Origin: Vibrio cholerae ATCC 14035
GTDB lineage: Bacteria > Pseudomonadota > Gammaproteobacteria > Enterobacterales > Vibrionaceae
Assembly: GCF_000621645.1 (NCBI RefSeq)
Contig: NZ_JHXR01000002.1
Coordinates: 180,001 to 212,000 of the forward strand
Length of the DNA: 32,000 bases
Direction of reading: 5' to 3'
The position numbers and the translations under genes were made by a program. This document shows positions 8,269 to 17,538 of the stretch, in pieces (within the stretch, counting starts at the first letter, position 1; each line of letters begins with the position of its first letter). Below the pieces are notes generated by a model. That model was given only the letters and a program-made list of their open reading frames with translations, was not told the DNA's origin and did no database searches.

Positions 8269-9888
8269 ATGTCACCCAATCCACTTTTGCAAGTTCGTAA
8301 TTTAAGCGTGAGCTTTACCACCAATGATGGTGTTGTCGATGCGGTGAAAAACGTCAGCTTTGATATACGCCCCGGAGAAACCCTTGCGATTGTCGGTGAG
8401 TCAGGTAGTGGTAAATCGGTTTCGACCAACGCCTTGATGCAACTGCTGCCTAAAAACGCGCGGATCCATCCAGAATCGAGCATCATGTTTGAAGGTGAAG
8501 AGCTGCTCAATAAAACGGACACGCAGATGCGCCGCATCCGTGGGGATCGGATTGGCATGATCTTCCAAGAGCCGATGACTTCACTCAATCCCTATATGCG
8601 TGTTGGCGTTCAAGTTGCTGAAGCTATTCGTTGCCACCGTAATGTCAGCCAGAATCAAGCGAAACAGCGAGTCTTGGAGCTGTTTCAGCTCGTTCATCTG
8701 CCCGACCCCAAAGGCGCTTACCAAAAATTCCCGCATGAGTTTTCCGGCGGTCAGTTACAGCGCATTATGATTGCGATGGCACTGATCAATGAGCCGGATA
8801 TTTTGATCGCCGATGAACCGACCACGGCGCTCGATGTCACAGTTCAAGCCGAAGTGCTCCGACTCATCAAAGAGATCCAAGCCAATATGGGCATGGCGAT
8901 TTTGTTTATCACCCACGATTTAGGTGTGGTGAAATTTGTTGCCGACCGCGTGCTGGTAATGTGTAAAGGGGATGTGGTAGAGCAAGGCTCTACTGAACAG
9001 CTTTTCCTGCAACCTGAGCATGATTACACACGCATGCTGATTAACTCGATACCCAAAGGCAGTAAAGACCCAGTTGCTGTCGATGCAGCACCACTGCTCA
9101 AAGCCGAAGATATTCGAGTCAAGTTTCTGGTTAAACCGTACTTTATCAGTCGTCGTAATCAGTACTTTGAAGCAGTGAAAGGGATTTCTCTTGAACTCAA
9201 GCAAGGTGAAACTCTCGGTATCGTAGGCGAATCTGGCAGCGGAAAATCCACATTAGGGCGAGCTTTGATTGGTTTACTGCCTTCCACGGGTCAGATTGCC
9301 TTCAAAGGGCAAGACTTTCGCGCTTTGAGCGAGAAACAGCGCTTAGCCCTGAAGAAAGACATTCAGATGGTGTTTCAAGACCCTTATGGCTCGCTTTCTC
9401 CACGTATGACCGTTGGCGAAATCATCACTGAAGGGCTTTTGGTTCACCAACCTCACATCAGTAAGTTGGAACGTATGCAACGGGCGAGACGAGCGCTCGA
9501 AGAAGTGCGATTAGATCCGAATTCGATTAATCGTTACCCACATGAGTTCTCCGGTGGTCAACGTCAGCGGATTGCGATTGCTCGGGCGCTAATTCTGGAA
9601 CCTTCCTTTATTTTATTGGATGAGCCCACTTCAGCGCTGGATCGCTCCGTACAACTGACGGTCATTGAACTGCTAAAAGAGATTCAAAAACGACGCAACA
9701 TCGGCTATCTGTTCATCAGCCACGATCTTGCCGTGGTAAAAGCGTTATCGGATCGCGTGTTGGTAATGCAAAAAGGGCAAGTGATGGAACAAGGCAGTGC
9801 GGAATCCATCTTCCATAATCCACAACATGAATACACCAAAAAACTGATCGCTGCTTCTTTCGACATTCTGGAAGAAAATGCAGCATGA
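8269..9888 (+). CDS. ABC transporter ATP-binding protein with two fused NBDs (YejF/GsiA-like, Opp/Dpp class)
   Basis: Two Walker A motifs (GESGSGKS twice), two signature motifs ([16 protein letters not shown]), two Walker B motifs ([15 protein letters not shown]) and Opp-type C-terminal extensions ([22 protein letters not shown]). SD aagga lies 6 nt upstream. Confidence 0.9.
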   Translation: MSPNPLLQVRNLSVSFTTNDGVVDAVKNVSFDIRPGETLAIVGESGSGKSVSTNALMQLLPKNARIHPESSIMFEGEELLNKTDTQMRRIRGDRIGMIFQEPMTSLNPYMRVGVQVAEAIRCHRNVSQNQAKQRVLELFQLVHLPDPKGAYQKFPHEFSGGQLQRIMIAMALINEPDILIADEPTTALDVTVQAEVLRLIKEIQANMGMAILFITHDLGVVKFVADRVLVMCKGDVVEQGSTEQLFLQPEHDYTRMLINSIPKGSKDPVAVDAAPLLKAEDIRVKFLVKPYFISRRNQYFEAVKGISLELKQGETLGIVGESGSGKSTLGRALIGLLPSTGQIAFKGQDFRALSEKQRLALKKDIQMVFQDPYGSLSPRMTVGEIITEGLLVHQPHISKLERMQRARRALEEVRLDPNSINRYPHEFSGGQRQRIAIARALILEPSFILLDEPTSALDRSVQLTVIELLKEIQKRRNIGYLFISHDLAVVKALSDRVLVMQKGQVMEQGSAESIFHNPQHEYTKKLIAASFDILEENAA

Positions 9889-9989
9889 TTCATATTAACT
9901 TCACGAATGACGTCTACACTTATTAGTGAATGAAGATTATACGGATTTCACCATGGCATAGCTGCCTTTTCGGTTTGGCCGCCGACAAC

Positions 9990-10019
9990 AAAAACTCGCT
10001 CAAGTTGAGCGAGTTTTTT
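9990..10019. terminator. Bidirectional rho-independent terminator between the convergent ABC ATPase and SBP genes
   Basis: The sequence aaaaa-ctcgctc-aagtt-gagcgag-tttttt gives a GC-rich 7-bp stem flanked by an A-run and a T-run, so both strands read hairpin plus U-tract. Confidence 0.85.
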
Positions 10020-10054
10020 ATTCTTTGTTGCTGCAGTTAAACAGAGATAAGGTG

Positions 10055-10786
10055 CTATTTGATACCGTAATCGGCTAACAGTTTATCAAATGTGCCATTG
10101 GCTTTAATTTCCGCTAACCCTTTATTAAACGCAGCCACCAGCTCTTCTGAACGTGGATTGGCTTTACCGGAAGTCACATGCAGTGGGTTTTCCGAAATCG
10201 CTTGGTTGGTGAAGGCAAAATCCGCCAAATTCATACCAGCTTCGGTAATGATCGATTTGGCCACCAGCTCATCTTCGACAGCAAGATCAATCCGTCCAGC
10301 TTGCAGTTTCTGTAAATTTTGTTTGAGGTCAGTAGATTCTGGACGGAAAAACGAGGGATCATTCATAAACTCATCGCCATACCCATAACCACGAACAATC
10401 CCAACTTTCTTACCGTTTAAACTGGCCAGTCCAGCAAATTCAAAGTTATCTCCGGCTTTCTTAATAAACTTCACTTGGTTAGTCAGATAGTTATCGGAGT
10501 AAGTGAGATAGGCAGTTCTCTCTTGGGTAAACCATGTCGCGGGTAGAATATCGATTTTCCCTTCTTTAACATCATTCAGCGCCCGCGACCAAGGCATGAT
10601 AGTAAACTCCACCGTATAGCCTTGAGTAGCAAACGCGGCGGTCACAATGTCCACCGAAAGCCCTTTTTGCTGCGCATTCTCCATCACAAAAGGTGGCCAT
10701 GGATCTTGCGCTGCAGTAATGGTTTGAGCCCAAGCGGAAAAACTACACAATACAACACTGATTAAAGTAGCAATGGATTTCATCAT
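10055..10786 (-). CDS. Periplasmic substrate-binding protein, family 3 (SBP_bac_3-like), orphan
   Basis: Signal peptide MMKSIATLISVVLCSFSAWA-Q. It shows type-II PBP features (DPWPPF, MPWSRAL, VGIVRGYGYG, GRIDLAVED). I chose the start at 10786 (SD gggag), 19 nt after the MCP stop codon. Confidence 0.85.
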   Translation of the reverse strand: MMKSIATLISVVLCSFSAWAQTITAAQDPWPPFVMENAQQKGLSVDIVTAAFATQGYTVEFTIMPWSRALNDVKEGKIDILPATWFTQERTAYLTYSDNYLTNQVKFIKKAGDNFEFAGLASLNGKKVGIVRGYGYGDEFMNDPSFFRPESTDLKQNLQKLQAGRIDLAVEDELVAKSIITEAGMNLADFAFTNQAISENPLHVTSGKANPRSEELVAAFNKGLAEIKANGTFDKLLADYGIK

Positions 10787-10805
10787 AAACACTCCCGTTA
10801 TTGAC

Positions 10806-12353
10806 CTAAGTTCTAAACTTCGCCATGTGTTCGGCAATTAATGCGCTGATTGCGCTGACTCGTTTTGTTCCTTCCGCGTTTTGAGCAGCGCGGTCATAAA
10901 CACTGTTGGCCGCCTCTGAGGCTTCAACAATTGCAAGGCTAATCTCTTCAATTGCGGTTCTCTGCTCTGCGGCTGATTGATGGATTTGATCGCTTCGTTC
11001 AGAAATCATTTCCACTGACGATTTCACATTTCGAATCGATGACTGCGAATGGCTAACCTTCTCTGCTGTTTTTTCCAGTAGTCCGGTCATCCGCGTTAAC
11101 TCTTCTTCCACCGTATTAGTTGCACGGTTCAAATTGGTGATATTGGCTTTAATTTGCTCTGTGGATTGGCTGGTCTTCACGGCTAGATTTCGCACTTCGT
11201 CGGCAACCACCGCAAATCCGCGTCCTTGTTCACCAGCACGTGCTGCCTCAATCGCCGCGTTTAAGGCCAGTAAGTTCGTCTGCTCTGAAATATCATTAAT
11301 CACATTCAGTACTGTGGTGATTTTCTCCCCTTCAATCAGCAGTTTGCTCATCTCTTGATTGACTCGTACCATTTCATTACACATGTTGGAGATATCGGAC
11401 GTCGCTGAACCAATTTCATGAACAACATTATCGGTTAACCGTGTCGCATTCAGCGCTTGTTCAGCCGTTTCATTCACAGTTTGTGCGACGGTTGCGACCG
11501 AGTGGTTCAGTTCTGTGGCGGCTGCAGCGATGGTTTCCAACTGATGTTTTTGCTGGTCAATTTGTGCAACGTTTTCTTCCGCCTTTTCTCGGCTTTGCTG
11601 GGCTTGTAAGCGCAGTTCAGAAGAAGCATCATTCACTTCCACGACTATGGTGCGCAGCGTGGTCGTGAACTGATTAATGCCTTGAGTCACAGCTTGAAAT
11701 TCTTTGTATTTAGGAACGGGTAACTGATGGGTGAGGTCTGCATCCCCACTGGATAGAGTACGGGTTTTATCACCCAACTCATTCAGTGGTTTCAACACTG
11801 AAAAGTTCAGGATAATAAACAGCATACAAGGGATAAGAATCGCTAAAATCAATACTTTGAGCAGATTAAAAGACACATACTCAGCCAATTGCTGATGCAT
11901 AAACTCATCGGAATAGCGAATTTCAATCGAGCCGAGCGGGTTCTTCTTACCATATTCAACAAACTCTAACTCTCCGCTCACAGAAGCTAACTCGGCCAAT
12001 GCGCCTTCGTTTTCCACTGCGATCGTTTTGCGTAATCCTTTATCGTCTGTTGCCTGATCTAGGGTCAGATACAAAATGGCCTTACCCGTAGTATCGGTAA
12101 TTTTGATCGACGAGATTTCCGGCGTTTTCAACTCCGCGCTGATCGCCGATTTCACTGTCTCTAAGTCAAAATCCCATAGCGGTTTAGGCAAATTGACTTG
12201 CAACCGCGTTAAGGTGTTACTGACCGTCAGATTGAGATCATTGGTAAAAGTATTGAGTGCTTTTTTGTACTCAAATACCGTTAATGCCAGCAAAACTGCA
12301 CACACCGCAAACACAATCTGCACAATTGAGGCGACTTTAATACTTCTAAACAT
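10806..12353 (-). CDS. Methyl-accepting chemotaxis protein with a short unassigned periplasmic domain
   Basis: TM1 is [18 protein letters not shown]. It is followed by a ~135-aa mixed periplasmic region, TM2, a HAMP region and the signalling hairpin [38 protein letters not shown] ggagg. Confidence 0.9.
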   Translation of the reverse strand: MFRSIKVASIVQIVFAVCAVLLALTVFEYKKALNTFTNDLNLTVSNTLTRLQVNLPKPLWDFDLETVKSAISAELKTPEISSIKITDTTGKAILYLTLDQATDDKGLRKTIAVENEGALAELASVSGELEFVEYGKKNPLGSIEIRYSDEFMHQQLAEYVSFNLLKVLILAILIPCMLFIILNFSVLKPLNELGDKTRTLSSGDADLTHQLPVPKYKEFQAVTQGINQFTTTLRTIVVEVNDASSELRLQAQQSREKAEENVAQIDQQKHQLETIAAAATELNHSVATVAQTVNETAEQALNATRLTDNVVHEIGSATSDISNMCNEMVRVNQEMSKLLIEGEKITTVLNVINDISEQTNLLALNAAIEAARAGEQGRGFAVVADEVRNLAVKTSQSTEQIKANITNLNRATNTVEEELTRMTGLLEKTAEKVSHSQSSIRNVKSSVEMISERSDQIHQSAAEQRTAIEEISLAIVEASEAANSVYDRAAQNAEGTKRVSAISALIAEHMAKFRT

Positions 12354-12483
12354 GTGACCTCCATTAAACCAGAAGGCTCAAGAGAAACCCTCTTCACCAG
12401 CACGCACTTCACAGGCAAGTAAAGTGGCATGGTAGGTTCCTATTCTCCCAAGTTATTTTTCCCAATCTGACATTGTGATTCTG

Positions 12484-13227
12484 CTACTTTGACAGGTAGC
12501 TATTCATAATTTTTTCGATGTCGATCTTTTTCAAACCTTCATTAACGATGGCTTGCCATTTCTGACCCTGTGCGTCGTTGCGAAATGCGATGTGCAGATC
12601 TTTTTCAACCAATAACTGCTTATTCATCTGTAGCTGGTCTTTATCTGCCGCCAAGCTGGGATCATTATTCTTAAGGTAGTTAAATACGTTGCTATCAATG
12701 ACCGCGAGAGGCACGCGGCCTTTGGCCACTTTCTGTAAGTTTTGAACATCGCTGTTAACCGCAGAAGAGAGTAATTGCCCTTGGGCGATCATTGAATCAA
12801 GTTCAGGGGTATTGATGTAGTCACGAACGACACCAATGGTGTGCGGCTTGAGATCCTCAAGCACGGACCATTGAATAGGATTGGCCACATTTTCCGCAAA
12901 ACCTAATGGGCCTTTGCCGATAGAATCGGAGAACAATAAGCTGTTGTCTTCAAAAAAGTACTCAGGAAAATAACCGGAATACTTGGCTTCACCTTTAGCC
13001 AGATGCACTGCTCGTGACCAAGGATAAAACTCAACCACCAACTCATGGCCCATCGCTTCAACGGCCGCTTTAACCACCGCAATCGACGCGCCTTTTTCAG
13101 CCAACCCATCACCTGAGTAGGGCGGCCAATCTAGCGAGGTCAGTATCAAAGTGTCAGCCTTAACAGAAAAAGCCGCCGATAATGATAAAAGCGGAATCCA
13201 AAGCCATTTGCTTAGTCCATGACGCAT
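12484..13227 (-). CDS. Periplasmic substrate-binding protein, family 3 (SBP_bac_3-like), orphan paralogue
   Basis: Signal peptide MRHGLSKWLWIPLLSLSAAFSVKA-D. It shares motifs with the 10055-10786 protein (DWPPY vs DPWPPF, YPWSRA vs MPWSRA, NLQKVAKGRVPLAVID vs NLQKLQAGRIDLAVED). SD aagga. Confidence 0.85.
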   Translation of the reverse strand: MRHGLSKWLWIPLLSLSAAFSVKADTLILTSLDWPPYSGDGLAEKGASIAVVKAAVEAMGHELVVEFYPWSRAVHLAKGEAKYSGYFPEYFFEDNSLLFSDSIGKGPLGFAENVANPIQWSVLEDLKPHTIGVVRDYINTPELDSMIAQGQLLSSAVNSDVQNLQKVAKGRVPLAVIDSNVFNYLKNNDPSLAADKDQLQMNKQLLVEKDLHIAFRNDAQGQKWQAIVNEGLKKIDIEKIMNSYLSK

Positions 13228-13380
13228 TTGAGGTATCCTTCATTCGTTTACACGTTATTCAAAAGGATAGACTTAGGATTGAAAATATGCGCAATTTGTT
13301 ACCACGCCTTTTTTACGGGAAATGCCTAAGAAGTGATAATCCTCATAGGAAGCGGCCTTGATGAGTGAGTCTTTTATCTT

Positions 13381-14280
13381 TTAAAAATAATGTGATATCG
13401 CTAAATAACGGGCACGTATGTGCTCAATCAACAAACGCACTTTGTTGGGCGGTTGGCGCGTGAATGGATAAACTGCGTAGATACCAAGTTTTTTGCCGAC
13501 CTGTTCTGGAAACACATCCACCAATTCGCCATTACGAAAATCGTGATACACCAAACAGCGCGGTACATAAGCAATGCCATGCCCACCAAGCGCGGCTTTG
13601 CGCAGTGCGGTGGCGTTATCGGTCGAAAAGGTGCCGGATACTTTAACTATGTAGTTGCCTTTTGCCCCTTTAAATTCCCAATCGGTCGCCCCCGTGGTTT
13701 GATAGGCGTATTGCAAGCAGTTGTGTCTAGCTAAATCTTCTGGCTTGAGTGGCTTACCGTTGCGGGCAATGTAAGCGGGAGACGCGCACACTACCCACTG
13801 CGAGTCCAAAATATGCCGCGCAATCAAACTCGAATCTTCCAAATAACCGGTGCGGATCACCAAGTCATAGCCGCCTTCAACAAGATCTACGAAGCGATTA
13901 TCCAGCGACATATCCACCGTCAGCCCCGGATGCAGGTTACAAAACTCAGCGACCGCATCAGCTAAAATCAAGTCACCCGAGATGGTCGGCACCGACATTT
14001 TGATGTGACCGCTGACGTTTTCGCCAAATCCCACCACCGCGTCCAGCGCTTCTTGAGTGGCTTGCTTCACATTTTTAGCACCGTGCAACAGTGCCTTGCC
14101 TGCCTCAGTCAAGGTCAATTTACGCGTTGTTCGATACAATAGCTGCACGCCAAGTTCCTCTTCCAATCGCGCCAATCTTTTGCTAACCACCGAATTTGTA
14201 AGGCCATTTTGCTCTGCAACCTTACTGAAACTCCCCAATTCAATCACTTGATAAAACAAAATTAAGTCATCGGCACGCAT
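13381..14280 (-). CDS. LysR-family transcriptional regulator, divergent from the lactate operon
   Basis: N-terminal wHTH (FYQVIELGSFSKVAEQNGLTNSVVSKRLARLEEELGVQLLYRTTRKLTLTEAG) plus a LysR substrate-binding domain. It is transcribed divergently from lldP. Confidence 0.9.
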   Translation of the reverse strand: MRADDLILFYQVIELGSFSKVAEQNGLTNSVVSKRLARLEEELGVQLLYRTTRKLTLTEAGKALLHGAKNVKQATQEALDAVVGFGENVSGHIKMSVPTISGDLILADAVAEFCNLHPGLTVDMSLDNRFVDLVEGGYDLVIRTGYLEDSSLIARHILDSQWVVCASPAYIARNGKPLKPEDLARHNCLQYAYQTTGATDWEFKGAKGNYIVKVSGTFSTDNATALRKAALGGHGIAYVPRCLVYHDFRNGELVDVFPEQVGKKLGIYAVYPFTRQPPNKVRLLIEHIRARYLAISHYF

Positions 14281-14297
14281 CTGATTTTGTTATTTTT

Positions 14298-14322
14298 GGA
14301 AATAATGAATTTCATTATTTCC
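14298..14322. promoter_or_regulatory. Perfect 25-bp dyad, candidate LysR operator in the lysR/lldP divergent region
   Basis: The arms ggaaataatgaa and ttcattatttcc are exact reverse complements around a central t. The dyad starts 18 bp upstream of the LysR ATG (17 nt between them) and 164 bp upstream of the lldP ATG. Confidence 0.5.
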
Positions 14323-14485
14323 CTATATCCACAAAAAATAAAGCAGTAAATTCACGCCAACTTAACAACCCCATCACAACTATAAAAAATCAACAACCGA
14401 ACTCTTACTGGTTAGCCGTACCCTACATTCTGTGCGCGTTAGCTCATCCCGATTGATGGAGAGTTCAAGGACGAGGAAGTACTCC

Positions 14486-16180
14486 ATGAATGAAACATTG
14501 CTTGCATTGGTGGCCTTTTCACCCATAGTGGTGGCCGCTATTTTACTGGTCGGCCTCAACTGGCCAGCCAAGAAAGCCATGCCCGTAGCTTTCGCCCTTA
14601 CCGTTGCGATTGCCCTGATATTTTGGGATATGTCGGCTAACCGCGTGATCGCCTCCGTATTGCAAGGTTTGGGCATCACGGTCTCTGTGTTATGGATTGT
14701 GTTTGGTGCGATTTTCCTGCTCAACACGCTCAAATACACAGGTGCGATTACCACGATTCGTAACGGCTTTACCAACATTTCACCGGATCGCCGCGTGCAG
14801 GCCATCATCATCGCTTGGTGTTTTGGCTCCTTTATTGAAGGGGCTTCTGGCTTCGGAACGCCTGCGGCGATTGCCGCCCCACTGCTGGTTGCGATTGGTT
14901 TCCCCGCCCTTGCAGCGGTGTTAATGGGTATGATGATCCAATCGACGCCCGTTTCATTTGGTGCGGTTGGTACGCCAATCATTGTTGGCGTCAACAAAGG
15001 TCTGGACACCCACAATATCACGGAAGCGCTGCTGGCTAACGGTTCAAACTGGGATGTGTATCTGCAGCAAATCACCACCAGTGTGGCGCTGATCCACGCT
15101 TCAGTCGGCACACTGATGCCCATTTTGATGGCGATGATGTTGACCCGTTTCTTCGGTAAAAACCGCAGTTGGACGGAAGGTTTGGACATTCTGCCTTTCG
15201 CGATTTTTTCAGGCCTTGCCTTTACTGTTCCTTACGCGCTGACCGGCGTGTTCCTCGGCCCTGAGTTTCCCTCACTCATGGGCGGTCTCGTTGGCCTTGC
15301 GATTGTGGTAACGGCGGCGAAAAAAGGCTTCTTGGTACCCAAAACCCAATGGGATTTTCGTCCTGAAAACGAATGGCCTGCGGAATGGTTAGGCTCGCTG
15401 AAAATGGATCTGGATGACGTCAAAGCCAAGCCGATGAGCCTTGCTCTCGCATGGGCACCTTATGTGCTGCTCGCGGTGATTCTCGTCGCTAGCCGTGTGA
15501 GTGCGGATTTCAAAGCGTTGCTACTGGGTATCAAGGTTTCCTTTAGCCATATTTTAGGTGAAACCGGCATCAGCACTGCCATTGAGCCGCTTTATCTACC
15601 TGGTGGCATTCTGGTGTTTGTGGCCTTGATTGCGGTTCTCACTCAAGCTCGCAGCTTAGCGCCGATGGGCAAAGCGTTTGGTGAATCGACCAAAACCTTG
15701 ATTGGCGCAGGCTTTGTACTGGTGTTTACCATCCCGATGGTGCGGATTTTCATTAACTCTGGAGTTAACGGCGCAGATTTAGCCAGTATGCCAGTGACTA
15801 CTGCCAACTTTGCTGCAGGCTTGGTGGGTGACGCTTTCCCAATGCTAAGTGCGACCGTCGGTGCACTGGGGGCTTTCATTGCCGGCTCTAACACAGTCTC
15901 CAACATGATGTTCAGCCAATTCCAATTTGAAGTGGCACAAACGCTGACCATCTCTAGCGTGGTAATCATCGCTCTGCAAGCTGTTGGTGCAGCCGCCGGT
16001 AACATGATTGCCATCCACAACGTGGTGGCGGCATCCGCGACGGTTGGCCTACTGGGTCGTGAAGGTGCGACACTGCGCAAAACCGTATTGCCAACCCTCT
16101 ACTATCTTGTTTTGACAGGCATCATCGGAATGGCCGTGATTTACGGTTTCAATATGACGGATGCACTAACTACCCGCTAG
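14486..16180 (+). CDS. lldP: L-lactate permease
   Basis: 564-aa polytopic LctP-family protein ([33 protein letters not shown]...), immediately upstream of lldD. I chose the start at 14486 (SD gaggaag) rather than 14432. Confidence 0.9.
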   Translation: MNETLLALVAFSPIVVAAILLVGLNWPAKKAMPVAFALTVAIALIFWDMSANRVIASVLQGLGITVSVLWIVFGAIFLLNTLKYTGAITTIRNGFTNISPDRRVQAIIIAWCFGSFIEGASGFGTPAAIAAPLLVAIGFPALAAVLMGMMIQSTPVSFGAVGTPIIVGVNKGLDTHNITEALLANGSNWDVYLQQITTSVALIHASVGTLMPILMAMMLTRFFGKNRSWTEGLDILPFAIFSGLAFTVPYALTGVFLGPEFPSLMGGLVGLAIVVTAAKKGFLVPKTQWDFRPENEWPAEWLGSLKMDLDDVKAKPMSLALAWAPYVLLAVILVASRVSADFKALLLGIKVSFSHILGETGISTAIEPLYLPGGILVFVALIAVLTQARSLAPMGKAFGESTKTLIGAGFVLVFTIPMVRIFINSGVNGADLASMPVTTANFAAGLVGDAFPMLSATVGALGAFIAGSNTVSNMMFSQFQFEVAQTLTISSVVIIALQAVGAAAGNMIAIHNVVAASATVGLLGREGATLRKTVLPTLYYLVLTGIIGMAVIYGFNMTDALTTR

Positions 16181-16198
16181 ACCGTTTTAATCAATACC

Positions 16199-16219
16199 GA
16201 GAGCGAGCATCTCGCTCTC
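16199..16219 (+). other. Intercistronic GC-rich hairpin between lldP and lldD (no U-tract)
   Basis: The sequence gagagcgag-cat-ctcgctctc forms a perfect 9-bp stem, 19 nt after the lldP stop. It is followed by atcgctcaaac, so it is not a canonical terminator. Confidence 0.4.
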
Positions 16220-16304
16220 ATCGCTCAAACTCACCTTGCACCTCGTGTATGAGCTTGAGCAAAAAAGAAACATTCACAGAATAGGCCCAGAATAGGATTG
16301 CATT

Positions 16305-17441
16305 ATGATCATTTCCGCTTCGACCGATTACCGCGCTGCAGCCAAAGCCAAACTCCCGCCCTTTTTGTTCCACTACATCGATGGCGGCTCGTATGGAGAA
16401 CACACGCTCAGACGCAATACCGATGATCTGGCCGACATTGCCCTGCGCCAGCGCGTGCTGAGTGATATGTCTGAGCTGAGTTTAGAAACCGAGCTGTTTG
16501 GCGAAAAAATGGCGCTGCCGATCGCCCTTTCTCCTGTGGGTTTAACCGGTATGTACGCCCGCCGCGGCGAAGTGCAAGCCGCGCAAGCCGCAGAAGCGAA
16601 AGGCATTCCTTTTACTCTTTCCACGGTTTCGGTCTGCCCGATTGAAGAAGTGGCGCCTTCGATTCATCGTCCAATCTGGTTCCAGCTTTACGTTTTAAAA
16701 GATCGCGGCTTTATGAAAAACGTGTTGGAACGTGCCAAAGCCGCAGGCGTGAAAAACCTCGTGTTCACCGTGGATATGCCTGTCCCGGGCGCACGTTATC
16801 GCGATATGCATTCCGGCATGAGCGGCCCTAACGCTGCGATGCGCCGTGTATTGCAAGCCATGGCACACCCGAGCTGGGCTTGGGATGTGGGTTTGCTTGG
16901 TAAGCCGCATGATTTGGGCAACATCTCCAAATATCGTGGCTCACCGACCAAATTGGAAGACTACATCGGCTGGCTGGGCGCGAACTTTGACCCTTCCATT
17001 TCATGGAAAGACTTAGAGTGGATCCGTGATTTCTGGGACGGCCCAATGATCATCAAAGGCATTTTGGATACGGAAGATGCGAAAGACGCGGTGCGTTTCG
17101 GCGCAGACGGCATTGTGGTGTCTAACCACGGGGGCCGTCAGTTAGATGGCGTGCTTTCTACCGTGCAAGCGCTACCCGCGATTGCCGATGCGGTGAAAGG
17201 CGACCTGAAAATTCTGGTCGATTCGGGTATCCGCACTGGTCTAGACGTGGTACGCATGCTGGCACTCGGCGCAGATTGCACCATGCTCGGCCGCTCATTT
17301 ATCTACGCTCTGGCAGCGCAAGGGCGAACTGGGGTAGAAAACCTGCTCGAACTGTATGAAAAAGAGATGCGGGTTGCCATGACACTGACAGGCGCAAAGA
17401 GCATTGCCGAACTGTCACGCGATTCATTAGTCAAAAGATAA
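16305..17441 (+). CDS. lldD: FMN-dependent L-lactate dehydrogenase
   Basis: [38 protein letters not shown]... is collinear with E. coli LldD. It carries the alpha-hydroxy-acid dehydrogenase signature SNHGGRQLD. Confidence 0.95.
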   Translation: MIISASTDYRAAAKAKLPPFLFHYIDGGSYGEHTLRRNTDDLADIALRQRVLSDMSELSLETELFGEKMALPIALSPVGLTGMYARRGEVQAAQAAEAKGIPFTLSTVSVCPIEEVAPSIHRPIWFQLYVLKDRGFMKNVLERAKAAGVKNLVFTVDMPVPGARYRDMHSGMSGPNAAMRRVLQAMAHPSWAWDVGLLGKPHDLGNISKYRGSPTKLEDYIGWLGANFDPSISWKDLEWIRDFWDGPMIIKGILDTEDAKDAVRFGADGIVVSNHGGRQLDGVLSTVQALPAIADAVKGDLKILVDSGIRTGLDVVRMLALGADCTMLGRSFIYALAAQGRTGVENLLELYEKEMRVAMTLTGAKSIAELSRDSLVKR

Positions 17442-17447
17442 TAAAAA

Positions 17448-17518
17448 TACCCTCTAACCTTAAACGACTTGAAGTTGCAGCCCACCCCTGCAACTTCAGG
17501 TAAAAAGTGAATAGAGGG
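17448..17518 (+). repeat. Miniature ERIC-like element (termini only) in the lldD-dld spacer
   Basis: The sequence taccctct...aaacgacttgaagttgcag-cccaccc-ctgcaacttcaggt...agagggaa keeps both ERIC terminal inverted repeats but lacks the ~60-bp core. The predicted stem is about 13 bp. Confidence 0.65.
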
Positions 17519-17538
17519 AACACACGAGGAAGCACAAT

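Noticed and set aside
14431-14446. CRP-like site tgtgcgcgttagctca upstream of lldP.
   Set aside because: The first half-site matches 4 of 5 positions, but the second matches only 3 of 5 against TGTGA-N6-TCACA. That is too weak to call without a position-weight-matrix score or conservation data.
14432-14485. N-terminal extensions proposed by the longest-ORF track. Affected starts: lldP 14432, ppsA 21470, helicase 28677, MCP 4982, SBP 10837, MFS 3034, ppnP 769, MATE GTG 25972.
   Set aside because: In each case an internal ATG has a better-placed Shine-Dalgarno sequence. It also yields an N-terminus that matches the homologous family or a proper signal peptide. The extensions are Arg/Ser-rich and non-homologous.
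14380-15189. 269-aa ORF antisense to lldP. Similar long antisense ORFs lie at 15643-16080, 17821-18204 and 19035-19628.
   Set aside because: These ORFs lie entirely inside, and opposite to, genes with unmistakable homology (lldP, dld). They lack a convincing SD and have low-complexity Ala/Ser/Thr/Pro/Arg-rich composition with no recognisable motifs. They are typical shadow ORFs generated by codon bias.
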